The notes beneath the pieces are model-generated. The model saw nothing but the letters and a program-made list of their open reading frames with translations. It was not told the DNA's origin and ran no database searches. DNA of 64,000 bases from the human T2T-CHM13v2.0 reference genome, Homo sapiens, in the NCBI RefSeq assembly GCF_009914755.1, contig NC_060928.1. One strand, given 5' to 3'. The number at the start of each line of letters is the position of its first letter. Within the stretch, counting starts at the first letter, position 1. A program made the translations under genes and the position numbers. Shown here piece after piece: positions 25,651 to 39,357 of this stretch.

Positions 25651-25796
25651 GACAAATATGGAGTTGAAATATCTAAATTAAATTCCCAGCTTGGACCTGT
25701 ACTAGCTCTCTAAACTTCAGTATGCCCCTCAACTTTCTGAACCTCATCCGAATGTGTGAATAATGATGTCTGAGTCTGAGAACTGATATGAGGCCA

Positions 25797-26200
25797 AGGT
25801 GGAATAAGAAATGTTCCCCCAAAATTCATGTACTGAAGCCCAAACCCCCAATGTGACTATATTTGGAGAAGGGACTTCTATGGAGGTAATTAAGGTTAAT
25901 TGAGATCATAAGTGTGGGGCTCTATCAACGGGATTAGTGACCTTATAAGAGGAGATGTCAGAAAATTCACATGTTCTTTTTCCATTCTTCTCTCTCCCTC
26001 CATCTCCTTTTTCCTCTCCCTCTCTTACCCCTCTCTTCTCTCCCTCTTTCCTTCCCTCTCTTTCTCTCTCTTTCTCCCTCCCTCTCTCTACCTTCCCCCC
26101 TGACACACGTGAGGATGTACCAAGAGAGCCCTTGCTAGAAACCAATGCTGCCAGGCCTTCATCAGGGATTTTTCAGCCTCCAAAACTGTAAAATATATAA
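25797..26200 (+). mobile_element. MLT1A/MST-like MaLR LTR with an internal CT-rich tract, inserted in a MIR
   Basis: 'cccccaaaattcatgtactgaagcccaaacccccaatgtgactatatttggaga...cagcctccaaaactgt'. Confidence 0.75.
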
Positions 26201-26824
26201 TACACAGGTAACTACTAAGCACAAGACCTGGCATATATTAGATACCATGTCAATATATGTGCCAGCCCTCCTTCCTTGCTTAACCCTCCATATGTTAAGC
26301 ATTTTTTCATAATATCAAAATTTTAAAACTTAAAAATAATGGTTTACACAGTGGTGCAGTCCCACAGCAGCTAACTGGCAAATGTATTGGAAAGGCTTTT
26401 AGAGGGTACTAACCTGACAGTAGCAGAGACAGTCAAGGTGCTGCTATTGAAACGGCCAAAACTGTATAAGCACTGGTGCAGTTACACATGTTTATAATTT
26501 TGATCCTGGGATATCCAAAAAGTGAAAATTGCCTTCAATTATTTTCTGCTTAAGTGGGCATGAAATCAAGTTACATATTTAAAAAATATAGTTGACCCTT
26601 ATAATCCACAGGTTTCATATCTACAGATTCAACAAATATTTTCAAATGTTTTGAAAATGTTCAAAAAAGAACTAATAAAAACAGTGTACCAATCAAATAA
26701 TACAACAAAAATAACACAGCATAACAACTATTTACATAGCATGTACATTCTATTAGATATCATAATCTAAAGATGATTGAAAGTATAAGAAGGGATGAGC
26801 ATAGGTTATATGCAAATACAACAC

Positions 26825-27519
26825 TTTTTTAAAATTTTCCAACTTTTAAGTTCTGGGGTACATGTACATGCAGGAAGTGGAGGTTTGTTACATAGGTAAA
26901 TGTGTGCCAAGGTGGTTGGCTGCACAGATCATTCCATCACCCAGGTATGAAGCCCACCATCCACTAGCTATTCTTCCTTATCTTCTCCCTCCTCCCAATC
27001 CCCCACCCTCCGACAGGCCCTAATGTGTGTTGTTCCCCACCACGTGTTCATGTGTTCTCATCATTTAGCTCCCACTTATAAGTGAGAACATGTGGTATTT
27101 GGTTTTTTGTTCCTGCATTAGTTTGCTAAGGATAATGGCCTCCAGCTATCCCTGTCCCTGCAAAGGATGATTTCATTCCTTTTTATGGCCACATAGAATT
27201 CCATGGTGTATATGTACCACATTCTATTTATCCTATCTATCATTGATGGGCATTTAGATTGATTCTGTCTCTTTGGTACTGTGAATAGTGCTGCAGTAAA
27301 CATACTTGTGCATGTGTCCTTATAATAGAACCATTTATATTCCTTCGGGTATATACCCAGTAATCAGACTGCTAGGTTGAATGGTATTTCTATCTTTAGG
27401 TCCTTGAGGAATCCCCAACTCTGTCTTCCACAAAGGCTGAACTAATTTACACTCCCATCAACCATGTAAAAGCATTCGTTTTTCTCCACAACCTCACACA
27501 GCATCTTTTACTTTTAGAC
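26825..27519 (-). mobile_element. L1PA12/13-like 3' fragment, about 700 bp
   Basis: Antisense L1 3'UTR 'tgcacagatcattccatcacccaggtat...' plus distal ORF2 (ORF 27118..27303). Confidence 0.85.
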
Positions 27520-27654
27520 ATTTTATTTTTTATTTTTATTTTTTCTAATTTTATTTTATTTTATTTTAAGGTCCAGGATACATGTGCAGGATGTGTATGT
27601 TTGTTACATAGGTAAATGTGTGCCATGGTAGTTTGCTGCACCTGTTAACCCATC

Positions 27655-29914
27655 TGTATTAGTCCATTTTCATGCTGCTATAAGGACATACCCAAGACTA
27701 GGTAATTTATAAAGGAAAGAGGTTTAATTGACTCATGGTTCCACATGGCTAGGGAGACCTCAGGACACTTACAATCATGGCAGAAGGGGAAGCAGACACA
27801 TCCTTCTTCAAATGGCAGTGGAGAGAGAAGTGCTGAGCAAAAGGGGGATAAGTCCCTTATAAAACCAGTCAGATCTCATGAGAAGTCACTATCATGAGAA
27901 CAGCATGGAGGTAACTGCCCCAATGATTCAATTACCTTCTACTAGCTCCCTCCCATGACACATGGGGGTTAATGGGCACTACAATTCAAGATGAAATTTG
28001 GCCAAACCATACCATTCCACTGCTTCCCCCTCCCAAATCTCACGTCCTCACATTTCAAAACACAATCATGCCTTCCCAACAGTCCCCCAAAGTCTTAACT
28101 CATTCTATAATTACTCCAAAAGTCCAACTCCAAAGTCTCCTCTGAGACAAGGCAAGTCCCCTCCACCTATGAGCCTGTAAAATCAAAAGAAAGTTAATTA
28201 TTTCCTAGATATAATTGGGGTACAGGCATTGGGTAAATACAGCCATTCCAAATGGGAGAAATTGGCAAAAATGAAGGCGCTACAGGCCCCATGCAATTCT
28301 GAAATTCAGTGGGGTAGTCAAATCTTAAAGCTCTGAAATGATCTCCTTTGACTCCACGTCTCACATCCAGGGCACAATGATGCAAGAGGTGGGCTCCCAT
28401 GGACATGGGAAGCTCTGCCTCTGTGACTTTGCATGATACAGCCCTCCTCCCAGCTGAGTTCACAGGCTGGTGGTGAATGTCTGTGGCTTTTCCAGGTGTA
28501 AGGTGCGAGCTGACAGTGGATCTACCATTCTGGGACCTAGAGAACAATGGTCCTCTCCTCACAGCTCCACTAGGCAGTGCCCCAGTGGGGACTCTGTCAC
28601 GGCTGCAACCGCACATTTCCCTTTCACACTGACCTAGCAGAGGGTCTCCATAAGGTCTCCAACCCTGCAGAAAACTTCTGCCTGGGCACCCAGGCATTTC
28701 CATATATCCTCTGAAATCTAGGCAGAGATTCCCAAATCTTAATTCTTGACTTCTGTGCACCCTCAGGCTCAACATCACATGGAAGCTGCCAAGGCATGAG
28801 GCTTGCACCCTCTGAAGTCATGGCCCAAGCTATAGCTTGGCCCCTTTTAGCCATAACTGGGATACAGGGAACGATGTCCTGAGACTGCACAAAGCAGCAA
28901 GGTCCTGGGCCTGGCCCATAAAACCATTTATTTCTCCTAGGACTCTGGGCCTGTGACAGGAGGGGCTGCCATGAAGACCTCTGACATGCCTTGGAGACAT
29001 TTTCTCCATTGTCTTGGTGATTAATATTTCACTGTCATTACTTATGCAAATATCTGCAGCTGGTTTGAACTTCTCCCCAGAAAATGGGATTTATTTTCTA
29101 CATTGTCAGGCTGCAAATTTTCCAAACTTTTATGCTCTGCTTCTTCTTGAGTGCTTTGCTGCTTAGAAATTTCTTCTGCCAGAAACCCTAAATCATCTCT
29201 CTCAAATTCAAAGTTCAACAGATCTCTAGGGCAGGGGCAAAATGTTGCCAATTCTCTTTGTTGATGGATAGCAAGAGTGACCTTTACTCCAGTTCTCAGC
29301 AAGTTCCTCATCTCCATCTGAGACCACCTCAGCCTGGACTTTATTGGCTATATTAGCATTTTGGTCAAAGTCAATCAACCAGTCTCTAGGAAGTTCCAAA
29401 CTTTCCCACATTTTCCTGTCTTCTTCTGAGCCCTCTAAACTGTTCCAACCTCTGCCTGTTACTCAGTTCCAAAGTCAGTTCCACATTTTTGGGTATCCTT
29501 ATAACAGCACGCCTCTCCCTCAGATACCAATTTTCTGTATTAGCCTTTTCTCATGCTGCTGTAAGAACATACCCAAGACTAGGTAATTTATAAAGGAAAG
29601 AGGTTTAATTGACTCACAGTTCTGCATGGCTGGGGAGGCCTCAGGAAATTTACAATTATGGCAGAAGGGGAAACAAAAACAGCCCTCTTCACATGGTGGT
29701 GGAGAGAGAAGTGCCAAGCAAAGTTGGGGGGGAGCAAATTCCCTTTTAAACCATCAGATCTCATGAGAATTCACTCACTATCATGAGGACAGTATGGAAA
29801 TAACCTCCCTCATGATTCAATTACCTCTCACTGGGTCCCTCTCACAACACATGGGAATTATGGGAACTAAAATTCAAGATGAAATTTGAGTGGGGACACA
29901 GTCAAACCATATCA
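27655..29914 (-). mobile_element. Complete THE1 (THE1C/D-like) MaLR element: LTR 29536-29914, internal region 28015-29535, LTR 27655-28014
   Basis: Two similar TG...CA LTRs around a ~1.5-kb THE1-int; purine tract beside the 3' LTR on the minus strand; TSD ccatc (27650-27654) and tcatc (29915-29919). Confidence 0.95.
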
Positions 29915-32286
29915 TCATCACCTAGGTATTAAGCCAGCATGCATTAGCTGTTTATCCTGATGCTCTCCCTCCCCTTATCCCACCCCTGACAGGCTCCAGT
30001 GTATGTTGTTCCCCTCTCTGTGTCCATGTATTCAGCTCATTGTTCAGCTCCTACTTATAAGTAAGAACATGCAGTGTTTGGTTTTCTATTCTGTGTTAGT
30101 TTGCTGAGGATGTCTTCCAGCTCCATCCATGTCCCTGCAAAGGACATGATCCCATTCCTTTTTATGGCTGTATAAAATTCCATGGTGTATATGTACCACA
30201 TGTTCTTTATCCAGTCTATCATTGATGGGAATTTGGTTGATTCCATGCCTTTGCTATTGTGAATAGTGCTGCAATAAACATACATGTGCATGTATCTTTA
30301 TAAGAAAATGATTTATATTCTTTGGGGTATATACCCAGTAATGGGATTGCTGGTCAAATGGTATTTCTGGTTCGAGGTCTTTGAGGAGTCACCACACAAT
30401 CTTCCACAGTGTTTCAATTAATTTACATTCCCACCAACAGTGTAAAAGTGTTCCTACTTCTCCACAGCCTTGCCAGTATCTGTTGTTTCTTGAATAATCA
30501 CCATTCTGACTGGTGTGGGATGGTTCATTGTGGTTTTGATTTGCATTTTTCTAAAGATCAGTGATGTTGACCTTTTTTTCATATGTTTTTTGATCAAATA
30601 AATATCTTCTTTTGAGAAGTGTCTGTTCATATCCTTTGCCCACTTTTTAATGTGGTTGTTTGTTTTATTCTTGTAAATTTGTTTAAGTTCCTTGTAGATT
30701 ATGGATATTAGACCTTTGTCTGATGGATAGATTGCAAAGGTTTTCTCCCATTCTGTAGGTTATCTGTTCACTCAATAGTTTCTTTTGCTGTGCAGAAGCG
30801 TTTTAGTTTAATTAGATTTCATGCCAATTTTTGCTTTTGTTGCAATTGCCTTTGACATTTTCATCAGGAAATCCTTGCCCATGCCTATGTCCTGAATGGT
30901 ATTGCCTAGATTTTCTTCTAGGATTTTTGTAGTTTTGGGTTTTACATTTAAGTCTTTAATCCATCTTGAGTTAATTATTGTGTAAGGTGTAAAGAAGGGG
31001 TCCACTTTCAATTTTCTGCATATGGCTAGCCAGTTCTCCCAGCACCATTTATTAAATAAGAAATCCTTTCCCCATTGCTTGTTTTTTTCAGTTTTGTCAA
31101 AGATTAGATGGTTGTAGATTTGTGGTCTTATTTATAAGTTCTCTATTCTGTTCAATTGGTCTATGTGTCTATTTTTGTAACAGTACCATGCTGTTTTTGT
31201 ACCAGTACCATGCTGTTTTTGTTAGTGTAGCCTTATAGTATAGTTTGAAGTCAGGTAGTGTGAAGCCCCCAGCTTTGTTCTTTTTGCTTAGAATTGACTT
31301 GGCTATTACAGGCTCTTTTTTGGTTCCACAAGAATTTTAAAGTAGGTTATTCTAATTCTGCGAAAAATGTCAATGGCAGTTTAATGGGAATAGCATTGAA
31401 TCTATAAAGTCTTTTGGGCATTATAGCCATTTTCATGATATTGATTCTTCCTATCCATGAGGATGGAACGTTTTTCCATTTGTTTGCGTCCTTTCTGATT
31501 GCCTTCAGCAGTGGTTTGTAGTTCTCGTTGAAAAAGTCTTTCCCTTCCCTTGTTAAATGTATTCCTAGGTATTTTATTATGTTTGTAGTAACTGTGAATG
31601 GGAGTTCATTAATGATTTGGCTGTCCACTTGTCTATTGTTGGTGTATAGGAATGCTTGTGATTTTCGCCCATTGATTTTGTATCCTGAGACTTTGCAGAA
31701 GTTGCTTATCAGCTTAAGAAGCTTTTGGGCTGAGACAATGGAATTTTGTAGATATAAGATTATGTCATCTGCTAAAAAAGATCATTTGACTTCCTCTTTT
31801 CCTATTTGAACACCCTTTATACCTTTCTCTTGCCTGACTGCCCTGGCCAGAACTTCCAATACTGTGTTGAATAGGAGTGGTAAGAGAGGGCAAACTTGTC
31901 TTGTCCCAGTTTCCAAGGGGAATGTTTCCAGCTTTTGCTCTTTTAGTATAATATTGGCTGTGGGTTTGTCATATGTAGTTCTTATTATTTTGACGTATGT
32001 TCCTTCAATACTTAGTTATTAGAGTTTTTAACATGAAAGTATGTTGATTTTTATTGAAAGCCTTTTCTTCATCTATTAAGGTAATTATGTGGTTTTTGTC
32101 TTTAGTTCTCTTTATGTGATGAATTACATTTATTGATTTGCATATGTTGAACCAACCTTGCATCCCAGAGATGAAGTCTACTTGATCATGGTGGATAAGC
32201 TTTTTGATGTGCTGCTGAATTTGGTTTGCCAGGATTTTGTTGAGAATTTTGGCACTGATTTTCATGAAGTGTATTGGCCCAAAGTT

Positions 32287-32345
32287 TCTCTCTCTCCTTC
32301 TCTCTCTCTCTCTGTCTCTCTCTCTATCTCACTCTCTGTATCTCT
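32287..32345. repeat. (TC)n microsatellite within L1 ORF2
   Basis: tctctctctccttctctctctctctctgtctctctctctatctc. Confidence 0.9.
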
Positions 32346-33929
32346 GCCAGGTTTTTGTATCAGGATGATGCTGGCCTCATAAAATGATTTAGAGATGAGC
32401 CCCTCCTTTTCAATTTTTTGCAATAGTTTCAGTAGGAATGGCACAAGGTCTTCTTTGTATCTCTGGTAGAATTCAGCTGTGTATCTCTCTGGTCTGGGGA
32501 TTTTTCATTTGGTAGGCTACTTATAACTGCCTCAATTTCAGAACTCATTACTGGTCTACTCAGGGATTCAGTTTCTTCCTTGTTCCATCTTAGGAGGATG
32601 AATGTGTCCAGGAATTTATTCATTTCTTCTGTATTTTCTAGTTTATGTGCATACAGGTGTTTATAATATTCCCTGCTGGTTGTTTGTATTTCTGTGGGGT
32701 CAGCAGTAACATCTCTCTTGTCATTCCTGTTTGTGTTTATTTGAATCTCCTCTCTTTTCTTCTTTATTAGTCTAGCTTGTGGTCTATTTTATTAATTTTT
32801 TTCAAAAAAATCCAGGATTTTTTGATCTTTTGAAGTGTTTTTTGTGCCTCTATCTCCTTCAGTTACACTCTGATCATGGTTATTTCTTGTCTTCTGCTAG
32901 CTTTGGGCTTTGTTTGCTCTTGATTCTCTAGTTCTTTTAGTTGTGATGTTAGGTTGTTAACTTGAGATCTTTCTAGCTTTTTGATGTGGGCATTTAGTAC
33001 TATAAATTTCCTTCTTAACACTGATTTAACTGTATCCCAGAGATTATGGTACATTGTATCTTTGTTCTTATTGGTTTCAAAAAAACTTCTTAATTTCTGC
33101 CTTAATTTCGTTATTTACCCAAAAGTCATTCAGGAGCAGGTTGTTCAATTTCCATGTAGTTGGATGGTTTTGAGTGAATTTCTTAATAATGAGGTCTAAT
33201 TTGTTTGTGTTGTGGTCCAAGAAACTGTTTGTTATTATTTCATTTCTTTTGTATTTGCTGAGGAGTGTTTTAGTTTTGACTATGTGATCAATTTTAGAGT
33301 AGGTGCCAATACTACAATATTTTATATCCAGGACTTGACCATCTGCAGATTTGGGTATCTGCAGGAGGTTATGGAACCAATCTGTGTGGATACCTATGAA
33401 GGACTGTAGCATTAAAAATATTTTAAAAAATTTTTATTATTAAAAGTGTTGATATTTTAAGGAGCTATGTTCATTGAACTGGAAATCTCTCTTGAACAGT
33501 ATAACTTATTATTTAAAATGGTTGGCTAAATGAAGCTTCCAAGTATTAATAGTTTTTGCTAATTTAGGTTTTGAGTCTTCTAGTGGTTAATTGATTGTTT
33601 TAACTTTTTTCCACCTTATTAAATAGTATAGCTTTGGGGAATAGTAAAATGAATTATTTATATTCATGTGCGAAACCAGAAAAGACCCTTAGAAGTTAAG
33701 CAGCCTGGAGCATCCTCCATCTTGCTGCCATTGCTCCCTCCTTTGAGCTGGACACTTGCTACTTGTTCTTTTAGTCACTGCTCTGATGTAAGTTTCTCCA
33801 GGTCCACTTAAGCCCAGTTAAGAACCTAGGCCATGTTTCCTTAATACCTCAAACATATTTCTCACATTTCATTTGTCATCTCATTTGTCATCTCATAAAT
33901 TTAATCAGCTCATTAACCTGTTGATAAGC

Positions 33930-34055
33930 TGATTTCTTCCTGTAGGCTTTGTGTTCCCTAAGGGTAGACCAGTGGCGTAATTGTCCATGTAAGTCTAATG
34001 CAATACAGTGGTTAGCAAAAAACAGGTTCTCAATAAATGTTTATTATGTAAAGCC
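33930..34055 (+). mobile_element. L2 3' end
   Basis: '...aggttctcaataaatgtttattatg'. Confidence 0.55.
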
Positions 34056-34299
34056 ATGAATAAAACCCAGCCTTTGCCCTCAGCTATAATTTCTTTGAAA
34101 CCATCCATGAAAAATTAGAATGCAGCCTATTTTGAAGAAATGGGATATCATCATGTTTATGCATTATTTTATCAACTGTTAAAATCTCCCTACATTAATA
34201 ATTAAAACCTAAACCACTTTGCTTTTATTTAAAAAGACATTGTAGTCCATTCTATAGAGCCCTTTCAAAGAAATCTAAACTTACAGTGTGTTAGCTAGT

Positions 34300-34385
34300 G
34301 TTTTCTTTCTTTCTTCCTTTTTTCTCTTTCTTTCTTTCTCTCTTTCTTTCTTTCTTTTCCTTCTTTCTTTCTTTTTCTTTTTTTA
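34300..34385. repeat. (TTTC)n low-complexity tract
   Basis: Seen directly. Confidence 0.9.
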
Positions 34386-35209
34386 TAACAATTCAATTAA
34401 CAGGTGATATAGCATGAGTGCAATAGGTCCTTGAAAAAATAGTGACAGTTTTCCAATGCTGAGCATTCATATTCTTACAATGCTTTAAGTCAGTAGTACT
34501 TAGGAATTTGTGTTATATATTTTTAAAAAGATATGCATGGCAGTCCTAGGTTGATCTAGAAGTAATACAAATGTTTAATACTGATTGTTTCCATTCCTGA
34601 TTACATCTAGTTACTTCTTTAAGAGATAATAAAAATTTTCATGTAAATCATTACTTCCTTAAATATTTTATCTATCTCAGTAAATCTCTTCTGTGCTTCT
34701 GGAAATCAGGGTAGCTTTATATTGTACTTTCTCATTCTCTTATCCATATCTCTTAGCTTTTTTTCTTATTTTCAATCTCCTTGCCTCTCTAGAATGAATT
34801 TTGGATAGCTCTTCAGTTATGATTTTTCTGTTCAGGATTTCTTCCTTCAGCTTTGTCTAACATGTTATGAAATGCAAACATAACATTCTTAACTTTAGTA
34901 ATCATATTTTGGATTCCTAAAAGTACTTACTAGTCCTTATAAAAAATCTGCTTTCATCTTTTTAATGATTCCTTATTCTCTGTTTTAGTCTTTCATTTTT
35001 GTTTTATAAATATTTGTGCAATATATATGTGTATATATGTATTTATATGTATATATGTGTGTACGTGTGCATATATATATGTCTGTTATAACTATTTTTA
35101 CTTGAGATTCCAACACTACTGCTTATTTTATCTGCTGATTTTTACTCATGTAGTTTTTTTCTTTATTTGATTCATTTTCTCACTTGTTGCTAACTTGATC
35201 TTAAATATG

Positions 35210-36512
35210 TTTGTGTTTTAGAAGAACTTAAAATTTGCAAAAGCATTGTGAAGATAGTATACAGGGTTCTCATGTGCTGTATACCAATTTCCCCTACTAT
35301 TAATCTATTACATGAGTATGATACATTTACCAAAACTAATAAACCAGTATTAGTACCTTATTATTAACTGAAGTCCATACTTTATTCAGATTTCCTCAAC
35401 ATTTCCCTAATGCCCTTTTTCTATTCTAGGATACCATATTACATTTAGCAGGAGAGTCTCTTTAGGCTTCTCTTGGCTGTAAGAGTTTCTCAGAATATCC
35501 TTTTTCAAAACTTTGACATTTCTTAGGAGTACTGGTCAGGTGCTTTGGGATTGTCTGATGTTTTTCTCATGAATAGACGGAAGTTAATGGCTTTTTGGGA
35601 GAGGAAGACCACAGAGTTAAAGTGACCTTCTCATCACATCATATCAAAGGCACATACTGAAAACATGACTTGACATTGTTAATGACTGAGGTAGTGTTTG
35701 TCATGTTTTTCCACTGTAAAGTTTCTCCTTTTTTTTACACTTTCTAACAAAGTTTTTGAAAAGAAATCACTGTATCCACTGCACACTTTACACATGGGGA
35801 ATTATCCTTGAGGACAGAGTAGCTACAATAAATTATTGGGAATTATTCTGCATGATAAATTTGTCTATTTCCCTCATTTATTTATTTATTCAATCATATA
35901 TTTATACCAGTAAGGATTCATAGATATTTATTTTATACTTTATGACATAATCCAATACTTCTTTATTTTATTACTTAAGTTGTTCCAACATTGGCCAATA
36001 GGAGTTTTTTCAATTGGCTCCTGTGTACCTTTGTCATAATCCACCATTGCATATTGTTTTTACTGTTGTCATTTACTAATTTTCTTACTTCCTTTTCTGA
36101 ACATCTCCCTTACCACAAGATGCTCTGGGGTCATTTTGTATATTTCTTACCCCAGCCTTAAAATAATTTATTTCTCTAAGGTTCTCTGCTTCCTTTTATT
36201 GGAAAATTGTATTAGAAATCAAGATTTGGACACTAGGTTCTCATTGGAGTGCCAATGCCTCTAGGCCTCTCACAAAGAAAGTCAATATATTTGTATGCTA
36301 ACATGTATATAAACATATATTTATAAATATTTCAATATATATCTGTATTTACACTAAGCTAAACGTAAGTTCTTACTGATGTCTCTAACTCTAATCCTTT
36401 ATTACATTTATCATTCCAGTTTTCGTTCCATAATTATCTGTCACATCTAATTCCAGCAGTGATAAACCTGGTTCCCACCATCTGATAACTATTTATTTAG
36501 TTGTTCAATTTT
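35210..36512 (-). mobile_element. L1MC/L1MD-type 3' region
   Basis: 'ttattaactgaagtccatactttattcagatttcctc', 'gaggaagaccacagagttaaagtg' and 'tattagaaatcaagatttgg'. Confidence 0.75.
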
Positions 36513-36519
36513 AGGGGAA

Positions 36520-36928
36520 CACTATAACTCAGCCTCTGTTTGCCTGATGGCAGGACATAAACCCTTTCTTACTACAGACAGCACTTGCTTATTGGCCCAG
36601 AGAAGGCATAAGCAGGCACCCGAGGAATCTGGGAATAAATTTTTACTACCTTCCCACATATTCTCAACTTTTAAAGGACTGGAACTCCTCTCTCCTTTGA
36701 CTATGCTAAGATTGATGGCCCTTTGTTAAAATACCATTTAAACAAGGCACTTAAGCCACTCCCTTGAGAGAGATACTTTTGAATTACAGTCTCTCCCAGG
36801 TAATGGGTACAGCAGGCATCAATAAACTTCTGCTGTTTTCCCTCTCGTTAATCTGACTTTTGTTTTCTGTAGTGTCTCAACAAAGAACTTAGGAGCCTTG
36901 AGAAAAGAAATTATATTTTCTCCCCTTT
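36520..36928 (+). mobile_element. ERV1 LTR fragment (MER34/MER39-like)
   Basis: U5-like end 'aataaacttctgctgttttccctctcgttaatctgacttttgtt...aagaacttag...ttttctcccc'. Confidence 0.6.
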
Positions 36929-36934
36929 GGTGGT

Positions 36935-38460
36935 ATTACAGGGATATGTATGTTACACATTTTAGATTGTCCCAAAGCTCTTGGATGTGTTACACTGTTT
37001 TTTAATTCTTTATCCTCTTTGCATTTCAGTTTGAAAAGTTTCTATTGACCTGTCTTCCAACCCACTCATCCTTGTTTCTTCTGTGCCAACTACTCTAATG
37101 AACCCATCAAAGGAGTTATTCATTTCTTTTAGGGTCTTTTATTTCTATTATTTCTTTCATATTATCTCTTAGAGTTTCCACCTATCCTCTTCCATTAATC
37201 TGTTCTTACATGTTATCTACTTTTTCTATTAGAACTCAATATCTTAATCATAGTTACTTTAAATTCCCTGTCTGATAATTTCAACAACTGTCTTATATCT
37301 CAGTTTCATTCCAATAATTGCTTTGTCTCTCAGGCTGTATTTTTCTTCTTTTGGGGGGCATATCTTGTAATCTTTTTTGTTTATTTAAAGCCATATATGT
37401 CATATCAGGTAATAGAAATGGACATAAATAATCCTTTAGTTTGAGGGTTCATGTTAATTAGATAGGAGTTGAGCTGTGTTTAGTGTTTGCTATAGTTACA
37501 GGTGCCAAGACCGAAAATTACTCTCTGAAATTACTCTCTGAAAATTACTTTTGTCTCCCTTCATGACTTTGGGCTTCTTAATTTCTCCTCAGTAAGAGTC
37601 TATGACTCACAGCTATTTGCTGTATGTAATACATACGCTGTTATAGCAGAGTCCTGTTGGTGTGATTTATTAAGTTATGTTTGTTGGAGAGAGCATTCTA
37701 CAATCTTTTAATTAAATCTCAATCACTTAATGGGCCTGGTTCTCAAGGCTATGACCTTCACAGGTATTTCTATAGTGGTATTTTTTCTCTCTGCCCTCTA
37801 CTTCCTTCCTTGCCTTAGTATTTCCAATATATTTCTTTAAATCTCTGACCCCTATTGACTCTTTGCCCTCCTTGGTAGAGACACAAAGACTGGAGTGGGG
37901 CTAGAATTGGATAAATGTCCTTCCCTTACATGGGATAGAGCTCTGGCAAAGTTTTTTCCCTGAAGAGTAGGTCTTTGTTATGGAGAAGGTTCTGGGTATA
38001 TTTCACAAGGGTTATTCTTCCCTTCCTCCTGGCAGAGCCCCAAAGAGCTCATTCTAGGATCTTCACTGTGACAACCTGGTAGGTTTCCTGGAAATAAAGC
38101 CTCCACCTCAACCCCAGGGACTGAAGCCTCCAAGAGTCTCTCACCACACTGTTCCATACTCAGCTTCCAACAATTTGGCAAAATTGCTGTTTAAGTTTTG
38201 CTACCAGTTAATGGCTCTAGAAACTTCTTTTTATTTTTTATTAATAAGGGTATATAGTAGGTATAAGCCGATCTTGCCTGTAACTTTGTGAATGCACCTG
38301 TCTCCAGATTTTGGTGTGGCACTTTGCCCTGTGACCTCTGTCCTCTAACGTGCTTAAGAAGTAATTGATGGATTTTAAGTAGTGATAGCTTTTTCTTCTT
38401 GTAAGAATGGAAATTATGACTTCCTAACTTTTTATATGTGGGAGCTGAAATCAGGAGCTA
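36935..38460 (-). mobile_element. Old L1M 5'/ORF1-region fragment
   Basis: Antisense ORF1-type 'tttctattgacctgtcttcca...aatgaacccatcaaagga...tccctgtctgataatttcaac'. Confidence 0.65.
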
Positions 38461-39009
38461 GTTTATTTTTATTTCCTCCTGCATTGCTGGCCTATTTTAC
38501 AGTGAGAGCAGAATTAAACACAATAGATCTTCTACCAATATCTGATTCACGAGGGCAAGACTGCTGATACATGCCTATTATCACCACGTCCTGCTGCTAA
38601 AGTCATTGCACATCATTTTAGGTGCTAACAATTTAGTTTTATTAACTTATGCGTATTAATTTTATGAAAACCACTAAAACCAAACTGTTTTTAAAATAAA
38701 ATAAATAACTAGAAAAGAAATTATGTATCATTGTGTTAATTTGTGGAAAGGTAACTATACCTGACAAAGAAAATATGATAGAACAATTATTCTGTTTTTT
38801 AACTTTTATTTTCTCAACCACTAAATGAAAATCTGCACAAATATACTTAACTACTAGTAAGAAATAACCTGTTTCAACTGAAAATTGAAGGAAACGTCAA
38901 ACATCAAACTTCTCTCTTCTGGTAGGGTAACTTCATTCTAAAATTTTTATCAAGAATAACTGCACTGTCTCTCCCAATTCCATCTACACCTTTTAAAAAA
39001 TGAAAATTA

Positions 39010-39357
<348 letters not shown>

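Larger units (their letters stand above)
27520..33307 (-). mobile_element. 5'-truncated L1PA10/11-like element interrupted by a THE1 provirus
   Basis: Second T-rich tail at about 27520-27570, then 3'UTR and colinear ORF2 pieces (ORFs 30055, 30808, 31347, 32005, 32863, 33077) back to the EN domain. Confidence 0.9.
26589..33406. mobile_element. MER2 (Tigger-derived MITE) split into 26589-26824 and 33308-33406 by an L1 insertion
   Basis: 'ataacaactatttacatagc...ataggttatatgcaaatac' resumes as 'tttatatccaggacttg...ggaaccaatc...ggactg'; TA dinucleotides flank both outer ends. Confidence 0.85.

Noticed and set aside
28194-28890. 204-aa and 88-aa minus-strand ORFs
   Set aside because: They are fragments of the decayed THE1 internal region, not a host gene.
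31181-31222. 22-bp tandem duplication in L1 ORF2 (also 13-mers near 37513-37550 and a 15-bp-period repeat near 51115-51143)
   Set aside because: Ordinary replication-slippage duplications with no further structure.
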